NCBI GenBank assembly: GCA_964035545.1
Contig: OZ037772.1
Span: 12,336,818 to 12,400,817 of the forward strand
DNA length: 64,000 nucleotides
Source: Bugula neritina
Lineage: Eukaryota > Animalia > Bryozoa
Direction of reading: 5' to 3'
Positions 1 to 12,139 of the stretch are shown here, in pieces. Numbering within the stretch: the first letter of the stretch is position 1; every line of letters starts with the position of its first letter. A program made the position numbers and the translations under genes. The notes beneath the pieces were generated by a model. That model had not been told where the DNA came from. It saw only the letters and a program-made list of their open reading frames with translations, and did not search any database.

Positions 1-387
1 CTTTGTCCTGTTTCAAACTTCTATAGCAGAATTTTGCTTCATTATTTTAATTGCTCATGTTTTGTGTTCCACTTTGTAATATGTAGATAATGAATAAAGA
101 TATGTTGAGTAAATAATATATAAATAAAAATATTCTTGTAGCTATGACATGAAAACTGCTTTAGAAATTGTCCCCTTTGCAGCAGGCTAAGTCTGAGATA
201 TATTTTGTATTGCTTATTCTCTCTAATGAGGTTTATATGAAGTTCTTATACGATCACCAGAGTGTCAAGTTGTAAGGGGGCCCCTCCCCCTTCCTTTTTC
301 AGGGTTTATATATGCAATCACCATAGCGCAGCTACACTAGCTATAGATTGCATGGCTAGTATAGTAACTCCAGATAACACAATAGCG

Positions 388-486
388 TAGGCTGGTGGGC
401 CGGTGGGCTGGCGGGCTGGCGGGCTGGCGGGCTGGCGGGCTGGCGGGCTGGCGGGCTGGCGGGCTGGCGGGCTGGTAGGCTGGTAG
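388..486 (+). repeat. G-rich (GGCTGGCG)n octamer repeat inside a short tandem duplication
   Basis: About 9 copies of gggctggc, flanked by two copies of gtaactccagataacacaatagc (365-387, 488-510). Confidence 0.9.
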
Positions 487-574
487 GGTAACTCCAGATA
501 ACACAATAGCTTAGGCTGATAGGCTATTATTAGAAGCTCGGTTCCTAATGTGCCGTATAGCAGTCACTATCTTT

Positions 575-745
575 ATGAGAACCTCTAAGAGAAAAGGTTT
601 TAATATATAAGTACTTTATTTATATTGTGGCACAGGAACAATCATGACTGAAAACCCTTCCTAACAACACCAACAGCCTCTACTGAGACTCAACCACTGA
701 CCTTGTGTTTACCAAGTCAATACTCTAACTCCTAACTGCTTCTTA
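575..745 (-). mobile_element. tRNA-derived SINE, degenerate copy
   Basis: Aligns by eye with 39545-39730 (ggcacaggaacaatcatgactg vs ggcacaggaataattatgactg; gaccttgtgtttacc..ctctaac vs gacctcttgtttact..ctctaac). Confidence 0.55.
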
Positions 746-1610
746 TATGAGGAATGCACAAACAAAATGTTGCTCTGCAGCATAGGGAATACTATAGCTG
801 CTAGCTGCAAGCCTAATGGTGTCAGAGGTGATATTACAAACTGTTACAAAGCCGGTGTTTCAATATTATTATATTATATTATATGTATTGAATACTGACA
901 CTTTTATACTGTATTCGTTTTACTGTTACATACGTTTTTTTATTATTATTCTATATTAAAGCATGTTTATAGCTCAAAAGCTTTACTAAAGCTTTTGGTT
1001 GAAGCCTCTCAGAAAACTCCCCCAAACCTGAGATCAGAGACGCTCTAGCTTGTAGACTTGGCTACTAATACACCTACGCGTGGGTAAACTTAACCCTACA
1101 ATTCTAATTTGCAGAATTAAATTAACTATAATTCGAAATTAGAAGGGGAACACTTTACCTGCCTGATGAGAATTCAGTTATTTATTACCTGATACACTGA
1201 TATGGTGGTGTAACAGCTAGGTTGATGGCTTGAAGATGCAATACTGGCAGACATTACAGAATGCCATTGTTTAAATGTTGTTGTTAAATCTAAGTGTGTT
1301 ATCATTCTAGTGGCACCAAAGTTGAGAATACAGACAATACATAAATTCAACATTGGCCCTTGAGGGTAGTAATAACACTTAGAAGCAACTGATAAGAATA
1401 TTTGAGTAGCTAGGAAAGTCTTATATGGAGGTGATAAAACAGTATCATGTATTGATTCCATTGGTTAGTTTATTCCATAGCTATACACTTATCTCATGTT
1501 TACCGTAGCCACCAACCTAGTTATTATAATTACAGGTTGCGAGGTACTGAAAGGGCGAGAGTTAGTAAGTCTACTATAATAAACAGTCTACAGTATATGA
1601 AGTAGAGAAG

Positions 1611-4157
1611 ATGTCAGTTGAGAAGGTTTGGGAAAAGCTAAAAGACTACATTATAGAAGGTGATGTGGATAAGTTCAAAGATACACTGACTTCTCTGTCT
1701 GCTGAGGATAGATTGGAAGTACTTTGTATGCAGAATTTCATTTCCTACCAAGGTAAAACAGTCATCAGTACTACAGTAATGCATATAGCAGCAGAAGGAG
1801 GTCATACAGAGACAGTGAAATGTATTCTAGACTCTGTACCAGCAGCTGACCTGTACAAACTACTCACTATACAGGATAGAAATGATAAGTCAGCTGTACA
1901 CAGAGCAGCAGAAAGAGGTCATACAGAGACAGTGAAATGTATTCTAGACTCTGTACCAGCAGCTGACCTGTACAAACTACTCACTATACAGGATAGAAAT
2001 GATAAGTCAGCTGTACACAGAGCAGCAGAAGGAGGTCATGCAGAGACAGTGAAATGTATTCTAGACTCTGTACCAGCAACTGACTTGTACAAACTACTCA
2101 GTATACAGAAAAGGTTTGGTGATACAGCTGTACACAGTGCAGCAGAAAGAGGTCATACAGAGACAGTGAAATGTATTCTAGACTCTCTACCAGCAACTGA
2201 CTTGTACAAACTACTCAGTATACAGAAAAGGTTTGGTGATACAGCTGTACAGAGAGCAGCAGAAGGAGGTCATACAGAGACAGTGAAATGTATTCTAGAC
2301 TGTGTACCAGCAGCTGATTTGTACAAACTACTCAGTATACAGAATAGAAGTGGTGATACAGCTGTACACAGTGCAGCAGAAGTAGTTCATACAGAGACAG
2401 TGAAATGTATTCTAGACTGTGTACCAGCAACTGACTTGTACAAACTACTCAGTACACAGAATGAATATGGTAATACAGCTGTACACAGAGCAGCAGAAGG
2501 AGGTCATTCAGAGACAGTGAAATGTAGTCTAGACTCTGTACCAACAGCTGACTTGTATAAACTACTCAGTATACAGAATCACTCTGGTTATACAGCTGTA
2601 CACAGAGCAACAGAAGAAGGTCATACAGAGACAGTAAAATGTATTCTATACTCTGTACCAGCAGCTGACTTGTACAAACTACTCAATATAAAGAATAAAG
2701 ATGGTAATACAGCTGTACACAGAGCAGCAGAAGGAGGTCATACAGAGACAGTGAAATGTATTCTAGACTCTGTACCAGCAGCTGACTTGTACAATCTACT
2801 CAGTATACAGAGTAGAAGTGGTAATACAGCTGTACACATGAGTGCAGCAGAAAGAGGTCATACAGAGACAGTGAAATGTATTCTGGACTCTGTACCAGCA
2901 GCTGACTTGTATAAACTACTCAGTATACGGAATCACCCTGGTTATACAGCTGTACACAGAGCAACAGAAAGAGGTCATACAGAGACAGTGAAATGTATTC
3001 TAGACTCTGTACCAGCAGCTGACTTGTACAATCTACTCAGTATACAGAGTAGAAGTGGTAATACAGCTGTACAAAGAGCAACAGAAAGAGGTCATACAGA
3101 GACAGTGAAATGTATTCTAGACTGTGTACCAGCAGCTGACTTGTACAATCTACTCAGTATACAGAGTAGAAGTGGTAATACAGCTGTACACAGTGCAGCA
3201 GAAAGAGGTCATACAGAGACAGTGAAATGTATTCTAGACTGTGTACCAGCAACTGACTTGTACAAACTACTCAGTACACAGAATGAATATGGTTATACAG
3301 CTGTACACAGAGCAGCAGAAGGAGGTCATACAGAGACAGTGAAATGTTATATTCTGGACTCTGTACCAGCAGCTGACTTGTATAAACTACTCAGTATACA
3401 GAATCACTCTGGTTATACAGCTGTACACAGTGCAGCAGAAAGAGGTCATACAGAGACAGTGAAATATATTCTAGACTCTGTACCAGCAGCTGACTTGTAC
3501 AAACTACTCAGTATACAGGGTAGAAATGGTTATACAGCTGTACACAGTGCAGCAGAAAGAGGTCATACAGAGACAGTGAAATGTTATATTCTGGACTCTG
3601 TACCAGCAGCTGACTTGTATAAACTACTCAGTATACAGAATCACTCTGGTTATACAGCTGTACACAGTGCAGCAGAAAGAGGTCATACAGAGACAGTGAA
3701 ATGTATTCTAGACTCTGTACCAGCAACTGATTTAATTGATTTGCTCACTCTGCAGAATAATGCTGGTGAAACAGTTATACATATAATCACATTTAATGGT
3801 CATTCAAAACTAATAAAAAGCATAGTTGAAAGAATGTCAGCAGATGAAATGGGAAAGCTTTTCAGCACAAGAAAAAGTGCATCTCATCCATATGCAACCA
3901 GAGAGCTCATCCCCTTTGAAGGTAAGATAGCCATAAGTTCTAAACTAGCAGCTGTTGTTTTAGAGATAAACCTGCACTAGTGTCTGTTATTTAGTGATTT
4001 TTACACTCTATCAGGTTTTGCTTCAGTGGTATATCTAGATATCAATATTTCTTTAATATTTAAGATTTTTGACAATAGTGAAGAGGACAGGAAACAGCTT
4101 TCAAAAATATTCTTGGAATATTTTATTTTAAGCGTTACCAAACATGATAATAAAATG

Positions 4158-4250
<93 letters not shown>

Positions 4251-7200
4251 TATTGATAATTTGTATATTTTATTTGAATTTCGATGGTTGTATAAACAAA
4301 GTAATATATCACAGCAAAATGGCGGGTTATAAAGAGCTTTGTAAATTTAAAGTAAAATCTCTTTTCAAAAGATGAAAGAGTCCAAAGCTTATAGCAGCCT
4401 ACAAAAAAATATTTTCCTAAACTATGCAACATTATTATCTAATTTGAATTATAGAAATACTCGTTCATAATATGTGAAGCAATTGACTCAATTAAGGAGC
4501 TTTTTAAAAAACAGAGTAAAAGCTATTTATATTCAGTCTGAATCTGTTTTAAAGCCAAAAAATAAAAGCCTTCGGATTGGTCTTGGTCTTCCTGCAAAGC
4601 AAATAAATTAAGACAGGACTTTGCTTTCTTATAACTATAGTCTCATCTCATTGTAAAGTTGAATATCAATGGTTGCTTCTGAAAGAAATACTTTAAACTT
4701 TTTGTTCTATACTGCTTTACATGTTTTCATAAAAAACCCTTTGATTGTGTGCAGACATCAATTGCAGAGTTTGCAAAACTTGCATCAGTTACATATACAT
4801 AACTAGATATGCTAGCCAATGCAAACAAAAACATAACAATTTCTGCTTTGTGGAGTTGTTGTACCTCACACTATTCTTGAATATTAGAAGCGCAGGCCTC
4901 GAAGTTGAGGCATGATTTGGGTTTTCAAAATGCTGCCACAGCAGACAGCATTACTGGACCAAAAGAAGGACAAAGAAGTTCTGCTAAGTTTTCTAATAAA
5001 AGTATGATTTTTAACATTTCTATTTCTACTGTAGCCTAGCTATTGCTATAAGCTTAATTATTAACTTTACATGGGTGTTACTCCTCTAGCACTCGCATCC
5101 TCCACTATCTGTTGTCAAATTTTATATTTTATGTTGTGAGTATCTTTACAAAAATATAATCGCCATTCCAAGATTTTCTTACCTGACCTTACTCTCTAAC
5201 CAGAAGGACAACAAAATAACATATTTTTTACAGAGAAACCAGCTCTCAGCATAGCTGACTCTGGATTTGGAAGTCATGCCACAGCAAGCAGCATCACTGG
5301 AATAGAAGAACAAGGAAGAATAGAAGATGTTAGGGTTTCTAATGAAAGTATGATGCACCAAGTTTATATTTCAGCTGTCAGATTATCTTTACGGTTCAAC
5401 GATACTTTTGTTATTTTTATGCATGTGTGCTCCTCTCTTGTACTGACACTATCTATTATGTCATCCTTGCATATTTGATGTTTTAAATATTATTATTGTT
5501 ATAGATTGGCAAACCAACTTTAAAAAAAAGACATTTCTAAGGTCTTTTTCTAATATTTTGTTAATTTCCACAAATCAATTTTTACAGTGAAGCTGCTTAG
5601 TCTTAGCTCATCCGACTCTGAATATGAAACAACAGACTGGGAGACTTTACCAGAAATACAAGGAATAAGCATGGCATCACTTCTTGATGAAAGTATGATT
5701 TACCAAGCTTCTAATTTAATGTTTTGTTGCTATCTCCACATGCATGCAGTGTTGTTCTCTTTTGAACTGACATTGTCCAGCTATCTGTTCTCATTATTGC
5801 ATATTTAATGTTTTAAATATTGTAGTCTGCTAAATTTCCTAGCTTTTATCAAATTTTGCATTTCTAAAATTTCATTAACTAATTTTTTAGCTTTTCACAA
5901 GTTTCTTTTCAACTAGGAGGACATTATTCCCCAATGCAATATACAACTTCCTATAGTCCTTTTGCAAGCTAAAGTCTTTATATCTTATTATTCGTGGTTT
6001 TCTGTTGATTGTTTTCACTTCGTTGCATATATAGCTGTTCTGACAGTGACCGCTAAACATACACGCAGTAGTAACAACTGCAATATTTAAATGGTTTAAC
6101 TTCCTTAGATAGTATAATTGGTTTCTATTACATAAATCAGACGAAATTCCCAATGGTGTAGACAGTAAATATATATGCAAGCTTCTCCAAATTTCTTTTA
6201 ATAAAAATGATTACCAGAGCTATTATATATTATATGGCTGTTGGCTATTTTGTGGCTTTATATCAAATTTGTTTACTGAATTTTTTGGCTAAAGAGCTGT
6301 GACTAATGAACTTCGTTTTAATGCTGACACTTTCACAATTATTGCTTTTCTACTCAATCAACTCTGTTAATCATTTTTTGCACCTGTTTTTAATGCTTGA
6401 AGCAGTTTAATTTAAAAAAATTAGCAATTTTGTTGTTGTCAATGCTTACCTTCAAAAGTTCATTAAAAGTAAATACTTTATCTATTTGTAGCTAAGTTTA
6501 TATATAAGATAAAGTAGCTATATCACATACAGCTCTGATTTTATAAGTAGAACAAAATATTGAATTCTTCAGTAATAAAAATACAAAACAAAGGACAATT
6601 TACTATAATTATGTATTGTATCATGTATGAGCTTGGACTAATTCCTATTTTCTATTTCAATTTTTTATTGTAGTAAATACTAAACTAAGTGCTAATATAA
6701 TGGCAGCTATTGAAACTTAAGCTATATAATGCTAACTTTCTTACAGAATCGGATATAACTGCACCAGCTGACACTGTAACTCAGAACACTGCTGCAGCTG
6801 ATGAAATGGAAGAAAAGTCCATGAGTTTACTAGATAGCAGTGGTGAGATATACAAATCATTAAATCTTTATAATATATGTTATATTATGTTAGGTATTAC
6901 TTTCTTTCATACTGACATTCTTCAGCCATCACTTTGTGTCATCATCATATATTTTGAAAATTGCTTTTTATGTAGTTTCTATAATTATTATATAATGTAT
7001 ATGAATTTAGACAAGTTTCTATTTTCTATTTTAATTTGCTATTGAAGTAATTATTACAAGTGCTAATGTAGGAGACAGCCATTGGGAAGATTTTTGCTTG
7101 TGATGATTAAATTACTTAGACTACAACATTAACTTTCTTACAGAATTGGATATGAGTGCACCAGCTGACACTGTAACCCAGAGCACTGCTGTAGCTGATC

Positions 7201-9584
7201 AAATGGAAGAAGAGTCTATGAGTCTATCAGATAACAATGGTGAGATACAGTGTATTATAATTATTCTAGGTTTTGTTATGTAGGGGATATTTTATTTTAT
7301 ATATTACAGGCATTCTTCAACTATCACTATGTGACCTCATCATATTTTGTTTGCATAATAATTGTTACAAAGTCTAAGAGAAATATTTTAGATTTAAAGC
7401 TAAATTAGTGTTGGTAATTTTTCAATAGCCTATACCTGTTCTCAACATTTGATATGTCAGCTTAGCTGGTTCCAATAACAATTATAAGCAATACTATCAT
7501 AAATAAGGATAGTTATAGTACTAAACAAAGTACAGCAAAGCCAAAATTGCAGACTTCTTTGATTAATCTATAAAAATGAAATTGGTTACTTTTCTTGTAA
7601 ACAAATACTGTGCAGGTTCGTTTTCACTTATTGAAAATTCTTATTAAAAATAGCTTTTCTGCTTGAATCTTATAGGTCATAAATGCTGAGACATAAATCT
7701 TGATTGGGAAATGTATTTTTATTTTATTTAAATGTTTTGTTCGCCATACAAAAACTAATTGTAGAACCTGTGATACTGAACCCTGTAACTGGAGAGTTGT
7801 CTCCAGACGCACCTTATGAACCTGCACCAGAGTCTCTAATGGATGCTATTGAAAGGTGAGTTTGTTATTATTATTGCTATACATATACTACACCACAAAT
7901 TGAGTGATTTTAATAACCTATTGCTTTGACTTTATGTTTATTCTGCACTGAAAAAGTTTCTTAGCTTGTATAAATAATTATGCAACTTTTGGTAATTACT
8001 TTTCTTTTATAGTCTTCTCAATAGTCACAACATCAGCGATGTCACATTTGGACAATTTGCTGACGATTGGAGAAAGATTTTGGTACTAGGTAAAAATGTT
8101 CTAAAAATTCAGTCCGACCTCCAGAGGTACCTGCACAGTGAATCACTCACAAAGTTTGAGATAACATTGAAGAATAACAACAATCCATTTACAATGAAGT
8201 CTCTCAGCTGGGAGAAGGTCCTGACAATTAACAAAAAGAAAGTAGCAAAGAATGAAAAGCTGTGGGGAAACACAGTAAAGCAAACTGTCTGTGAAGCGTT
8301 TGTTATTGCTGAAAGGAAATGTTCTAACAACAATGAGCCATGTAAGAGAGTCTACGCAGTGGCTCCAGCACATCTGGTTTTTGCTGACAAGCAAAATGAA
8401 GAGGCAGCTGCAGCTGATAGCTTTTATATGAAGCAGACCGCTATGCAAGAAAGTATAGCTGAGCTAAACAGTCGCCAACTTGCTGGTCCACCAAAGAAAC
8501 CAGATTCAGCAAATGGCCAGACTAATCAAACTCAAAATGGGCAAGACCATGATGACGTGCCTGATGTTGACAGTGATGATGAAAATCTGTCACTAGTTTC
8601 CAAAGTAAGAACAGAGGTGGAGAGCAAATCTACCAGAAGACAATATTTCATCAGAACCGAAGATCAACACGCTGCCTCTATTGTAGAGTTACAGCATCCA
8701 GTACTGCTTGGCTATCGTCATTGGTACAAGCAAGTGGAGTCTACTTTATCCAGCAGTAACACAACACCAGAGTGTCCAGAACTAAAGTGTGACACAACCA
8801 GGGCACCACACTGTCCTCACAGGTTCATGAATGACTTGGCACTCCTTTTGATCGCCCACAAACATGCTAAGAGCTTTCAAAGTACATTGGATTCAAAGAC
8901 ACAAAAGTTTTTTGAAAAACTAACTTCAAGCAATGTAAATGGAGCTGTGAGACAAGGCACGCTAATTTCAAAAGAACTTTTACAACTCTCTACTGTTTTG
9001 GATCTGCAACAGCTGGCTGGTAGAGAAGTAATGGTTAAGGGAATGCTGGGGAGAGTTGTCAATATTCGACTCAAAGCCAAACCTGGTCAAAGACTGGGAC
9101 AACATATAAAGTTTACGCTTACATCACCAAACACAGCGAGTGCTGAGCAGTAAGTTGAGATCTCATTTTAAAAATACGTATTTTAGATCAGTTAAAGAAA
9201 TTGCTTAGTTCTCCTAGCTAAAGTTAGTAAAACTAATAAAGTACTCAGTGACTGCATTGCAGTTGCTTGTAATATAATTGAGTTTGTCCTTGACATATTA
9301 TTCTTAGGAGCCTGATAAGAGGAGACTGTGGAAGTTTGGTTTATGTCAAGTGTGCAGGTGTGCTCAGACCAGTTGGAATGCTTGTTGGTGAAGCAATCAT
9401 AGGTGATAACGCAACTCCTGCAGGTCCCATCTACCAGGCTGTGGTGCTGAGTCAAGCATTCAAGAACATGGAGTGTGACTATCCACATCAAGTAGCCAAC
9501 ATTGAGCTCTTCTCTCAAGAAAGGTATTCTCAGCTTGCTACAGACGGTCATTTTGATGACTCATCACTTTTCGATGTGTCATAA
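1611..9584 (+). CDS. Spliced gene: ankyrin-repeat array + acidic linker + C-terminal chymotrypsin-fold (PA clan) protease domain with Cys nucleophile, ~1446 aa
   Basis: Exons 1611-3921, 4888-5001, 5234-5347, 5588-5692, 6747-6842, 7144-7239, 7765-7855, 8013-9149, 9308-9584. All introns are GT-AG, phases match (1,1,1,1,1,1,2,2) and the total of 4341 nt is open to TAA at 9582-9584. In-frame TGA at 1548 upstream of ATG 1611. Motifs: VYAVAPAH (His 8371-8373), FMNDLALLLI (Asp 8833-8835), LIRGDCGSLVY (Cys 9327-9329), then PVGMLVG. Extra exons in 3922-4887 and a 24-nt microexon at 6141-6164 are possible but unresolved. Confidence 0.8.
1770..3810 (+). repeat. Coding tandem repeat: 17 near-identical 117-bp (39-aa) ankyrin repeats plus a diverged C-cap
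   Basis: Unit TAVHxAAExGHTETVKCILDSVPAADLYKLLSIQxxxGx resembles the ankyrin TPLHxAAxxGHxxxVxxLL consensus with a 6-aa extension; three 3-nt insertions preserve frame. Confidence 0.92.
4160..4246. repeat. (TA)n microsatellite
   Basis: Pure TA run in intron 1 of the ankyrin-protease gene. Confidence 0.97.
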
Positions 9585-9809
9585 GAACTGAAATGAAAGT
9601 AATGTGAAGAGGGAAATATTTTCATTTGTAAGTTAGAAACAAATTGCCTGCAACCTTATAGTATACAAACAGATGGAAATAACAGCCTGTGTTCTATATA
9701 CACGTCTGCTTTTGTTAGCTTTTGATTATTAATTACTGTTACAAAACACATTCTATACTTAATATACAACCATATCATGTAATCTATGCATATTGTCATA
9801 ATTCTATTA

Positions 9810-10440
9810 TACTAGGCTTTGTATAGTAACCGTCAAATTTATATTATTTCTATATAAGAAGTTATATATTGTATTAGAAATGTTTTAGTATATGACAGAT
9901 GCCATATTTTCTAGAACACTTATTATAGCTGATATTTTATGCATAGAACTCACACCAATTTCTGCTTTTTAACATTTGAGTGCCATGTTTTTATCATAGT
10001 ATAGAAAGACTGTGCATCAACTTTGAGCGTCACTTAATTTTCTACACACAATTAATTATCAAAATGACTGCTTTCAAACTTTATTATGATTACATTTTAT
10101 AACATTATATTCTATAATATACTTTCAATACTATAGTATCTTTATAATATTATTTTATATAATTGCGTATTAGGTACTTCTCTGTGTGATAGATGCCATA
10201 TTTTATAAAAACACTTTATTATAGCTGGTAGTACTGTTAACATATTATTATAATATACCCACTAATTATAAATAATACTTTACAATACATATAAAAATTA
10301 AAAAAGTTCTGATTTCAACATTTTAGTGCCATATTTTGTTATAATATATTCAACATTAACTTTGAACACCACTTGATTTTCTGGCACCTAATTAGCAAAA
10401 TGATTGCTTTTGAATTTTAGTAGAGTTACATTTTATACAA
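9810..10440 (+). repeat. Diverged ~295-bp tandem duplication in the 3' UTR
   Basis: gatgccatattttt..aacactttattatagctg at ~9898 and ~10192; agtgccat..ttt, actttga..cactt and caaaatga.tgcttt are also repeated. Confidence 0.7.
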
Positions 10441-10497
10441 TTCTATTAATAGATGTGGATATTTGATTATTATACATGTATTTTATACATATTGAAA

Positions 10498-10503
10498 AAT
10501 AAA
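10498..10503 (+). promoter_or_regulatory. Probable polyadenylation signal of the ankyrin-protease gene
   Basis: AATAAA followed by a GT/T-rich downstream stretch, ~0.9 kb after the stop codon. Confidence 0.5.
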
Positions 10504-11105
10504 GTGTTTGTTGCTCTTTGAATTGAGTTTTAGTTTCTCACTACATTATTCAGTATTGTAAAATCAGGTGTCTAGTAATTGTACTACAGCTACAACTCTA
10601 GTTAAACCATACAACATGCTGATTTTATTTTGACTCTCATTAGAATTTTTTTAATTGTTGTGTTGCAGCCACAATTCCAATTTATAATTCACACTATTGT
10701 ACTATGCAACTTATTTTTAGCATTTAGGGTTTGTCTCCCTTGGGTTTTGATAAGTATGTTTACGAATAATCACACCAGAAAATATTTTAAAACATAATAA
10801 TTAATTATTGTTGTTCTTTCTTTGACATAACATATATTCAGTTAAAAATAACTGCACAATATGTATTAGCTGTAATATATATTCAAATTAAATTTCTTTG
10901 GACACCTTTCTACTATGCAATAACAATTTAACTAGTTTCAACTCGAATCACTAGGATTAAATAGAGTGTGTTGTAGCTAGTTACATATTTGTAATTCCTC
11001 TAGCGATAGTTATTATAGCTGCATCGAAGCCAAGTTGCAACCAGAGTTAGAGTAATGGCACAGTTAAGATATTAGATATAGTTGCATGAAAGGTTGGAGT
11101 AAAAG

Positions 11106-11322
11106 CATGGCCTCACACTCTGAAGAATCACACAAACTTTGGTGAATATTGTTGTGAGTTATCCCCTCGGGATGACTAGTCACACACTAAGAAATGATAC
11201 AAGCAGCAGAAAATTACCAGAGGCAAAAATGAAATTGATCACTATTGCTAAAATTCTATTGACCAATCAAATGGTGCTTATCGTTAATTTCATGTGATTC
11301 TCACGAGTGTGTGGCCAGGCCT
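11106..11322. mobile_element. MITE (Harbinger/Tourist-like), copy 1
   Basis: TIRs ggcctcacact..gaatcaca / tgtgattctcacgagtgtgtggccaggcc|tta; internal aaattctattgaccaatcaaatggtgcttatcgtt is identical to the copy at 34051-34428. Confidence 0.7.
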
Positions 11323-12139
11323 TAAGTTGTTCAGGCAAAATGCTATTTCGAGTTTTCAAAGTGCTCTCGGGCTAACTTTATTATTCCTGGGCAGCCAAAC
11401 ATCAAGTGATGACATTGAATCTTATTGTGACTTTGAATGTACATCACAACTAGTCCTGCCATAGTGCTAACATATAACCTAATCAAGATAATACAATTCA
11501 ACTTGGGTGTGCTTCATAGGTTTCAAAGAAACGGCGTACAGGAACCATGTCTAGCAACAGCTGGTTGTATCAGAAACTTGTCAGACTGATTTCACTTACC
11601 TCTTAATATTTCACAGAGCATGCATTTCCCTGCTGCTAATGTCAGTCATGTATGTAAGTCTAAAAGCAGCTCCTGAACACGGATACCAGATGTGAGTTGT
11701 CCTTCCCAGCACAAAACTAAGTTAATACTATTTTATGACACTGTTGAGATTAAGAATTGTCTTGAACTTTGCCCATTCACAGCACAAACATGGTAGCTGG
11801 TTCTGCACATTCCCTCACAGTATTTGCTCTAGGTGTCAACTATAGGATTGTGTTACTATGCACATGTGAATGAGTGTTTTCTTTTCATGCGGTACACAAT
11901 GTTTTGTGATAATAATTTGATATTTTTCTTCCTCATGCAACTTTTGAGATGGTGCAGCACTTTATAATAATGAAAAGTGCAAAGTATTCAGCAAGATTGC
12001 ATAAAATTTTCAAGAGCATATACTCGTTGGTTTGAAAATATATAATTTATGTGTAGGTCTTCTATTCTACTTCTATGTTGCAAATAAAGAATATTATCTC
12101 TATATTTATTGCTACAATTTAATTTAGTTATTTTGCAGA

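Noticed and set aside
1160-1200. CTGATGA as a possible hammerhead core
   Set aside because: No stem II followed by GAAA and no closing stems.
1770-3810. Conserved-repeat / variable-segment pattern resembling a CRISPR array
   Set aside because: It is an in-frame 117-bp coding ankyrin repeat in a spliced eukaryotic gene; the variable parts are only a few codons and there are no cas genes.
3922-3980. C-terminal tail of the 789-aa ORF as the true protein end
   Set aside because: A strong donor AAG|GTAAGA at 3921/3922 and a phase-matched downstream exon chain suggest intron read-through; a short isoform cannot be excluded.
4015-4520. Additional coding exons (GFASVV...; KYSFIICEAID...)
   Set aside because: Open and plausible, but I could not find a convincing phase-consistent set of splice sites, so they were left out of the model.
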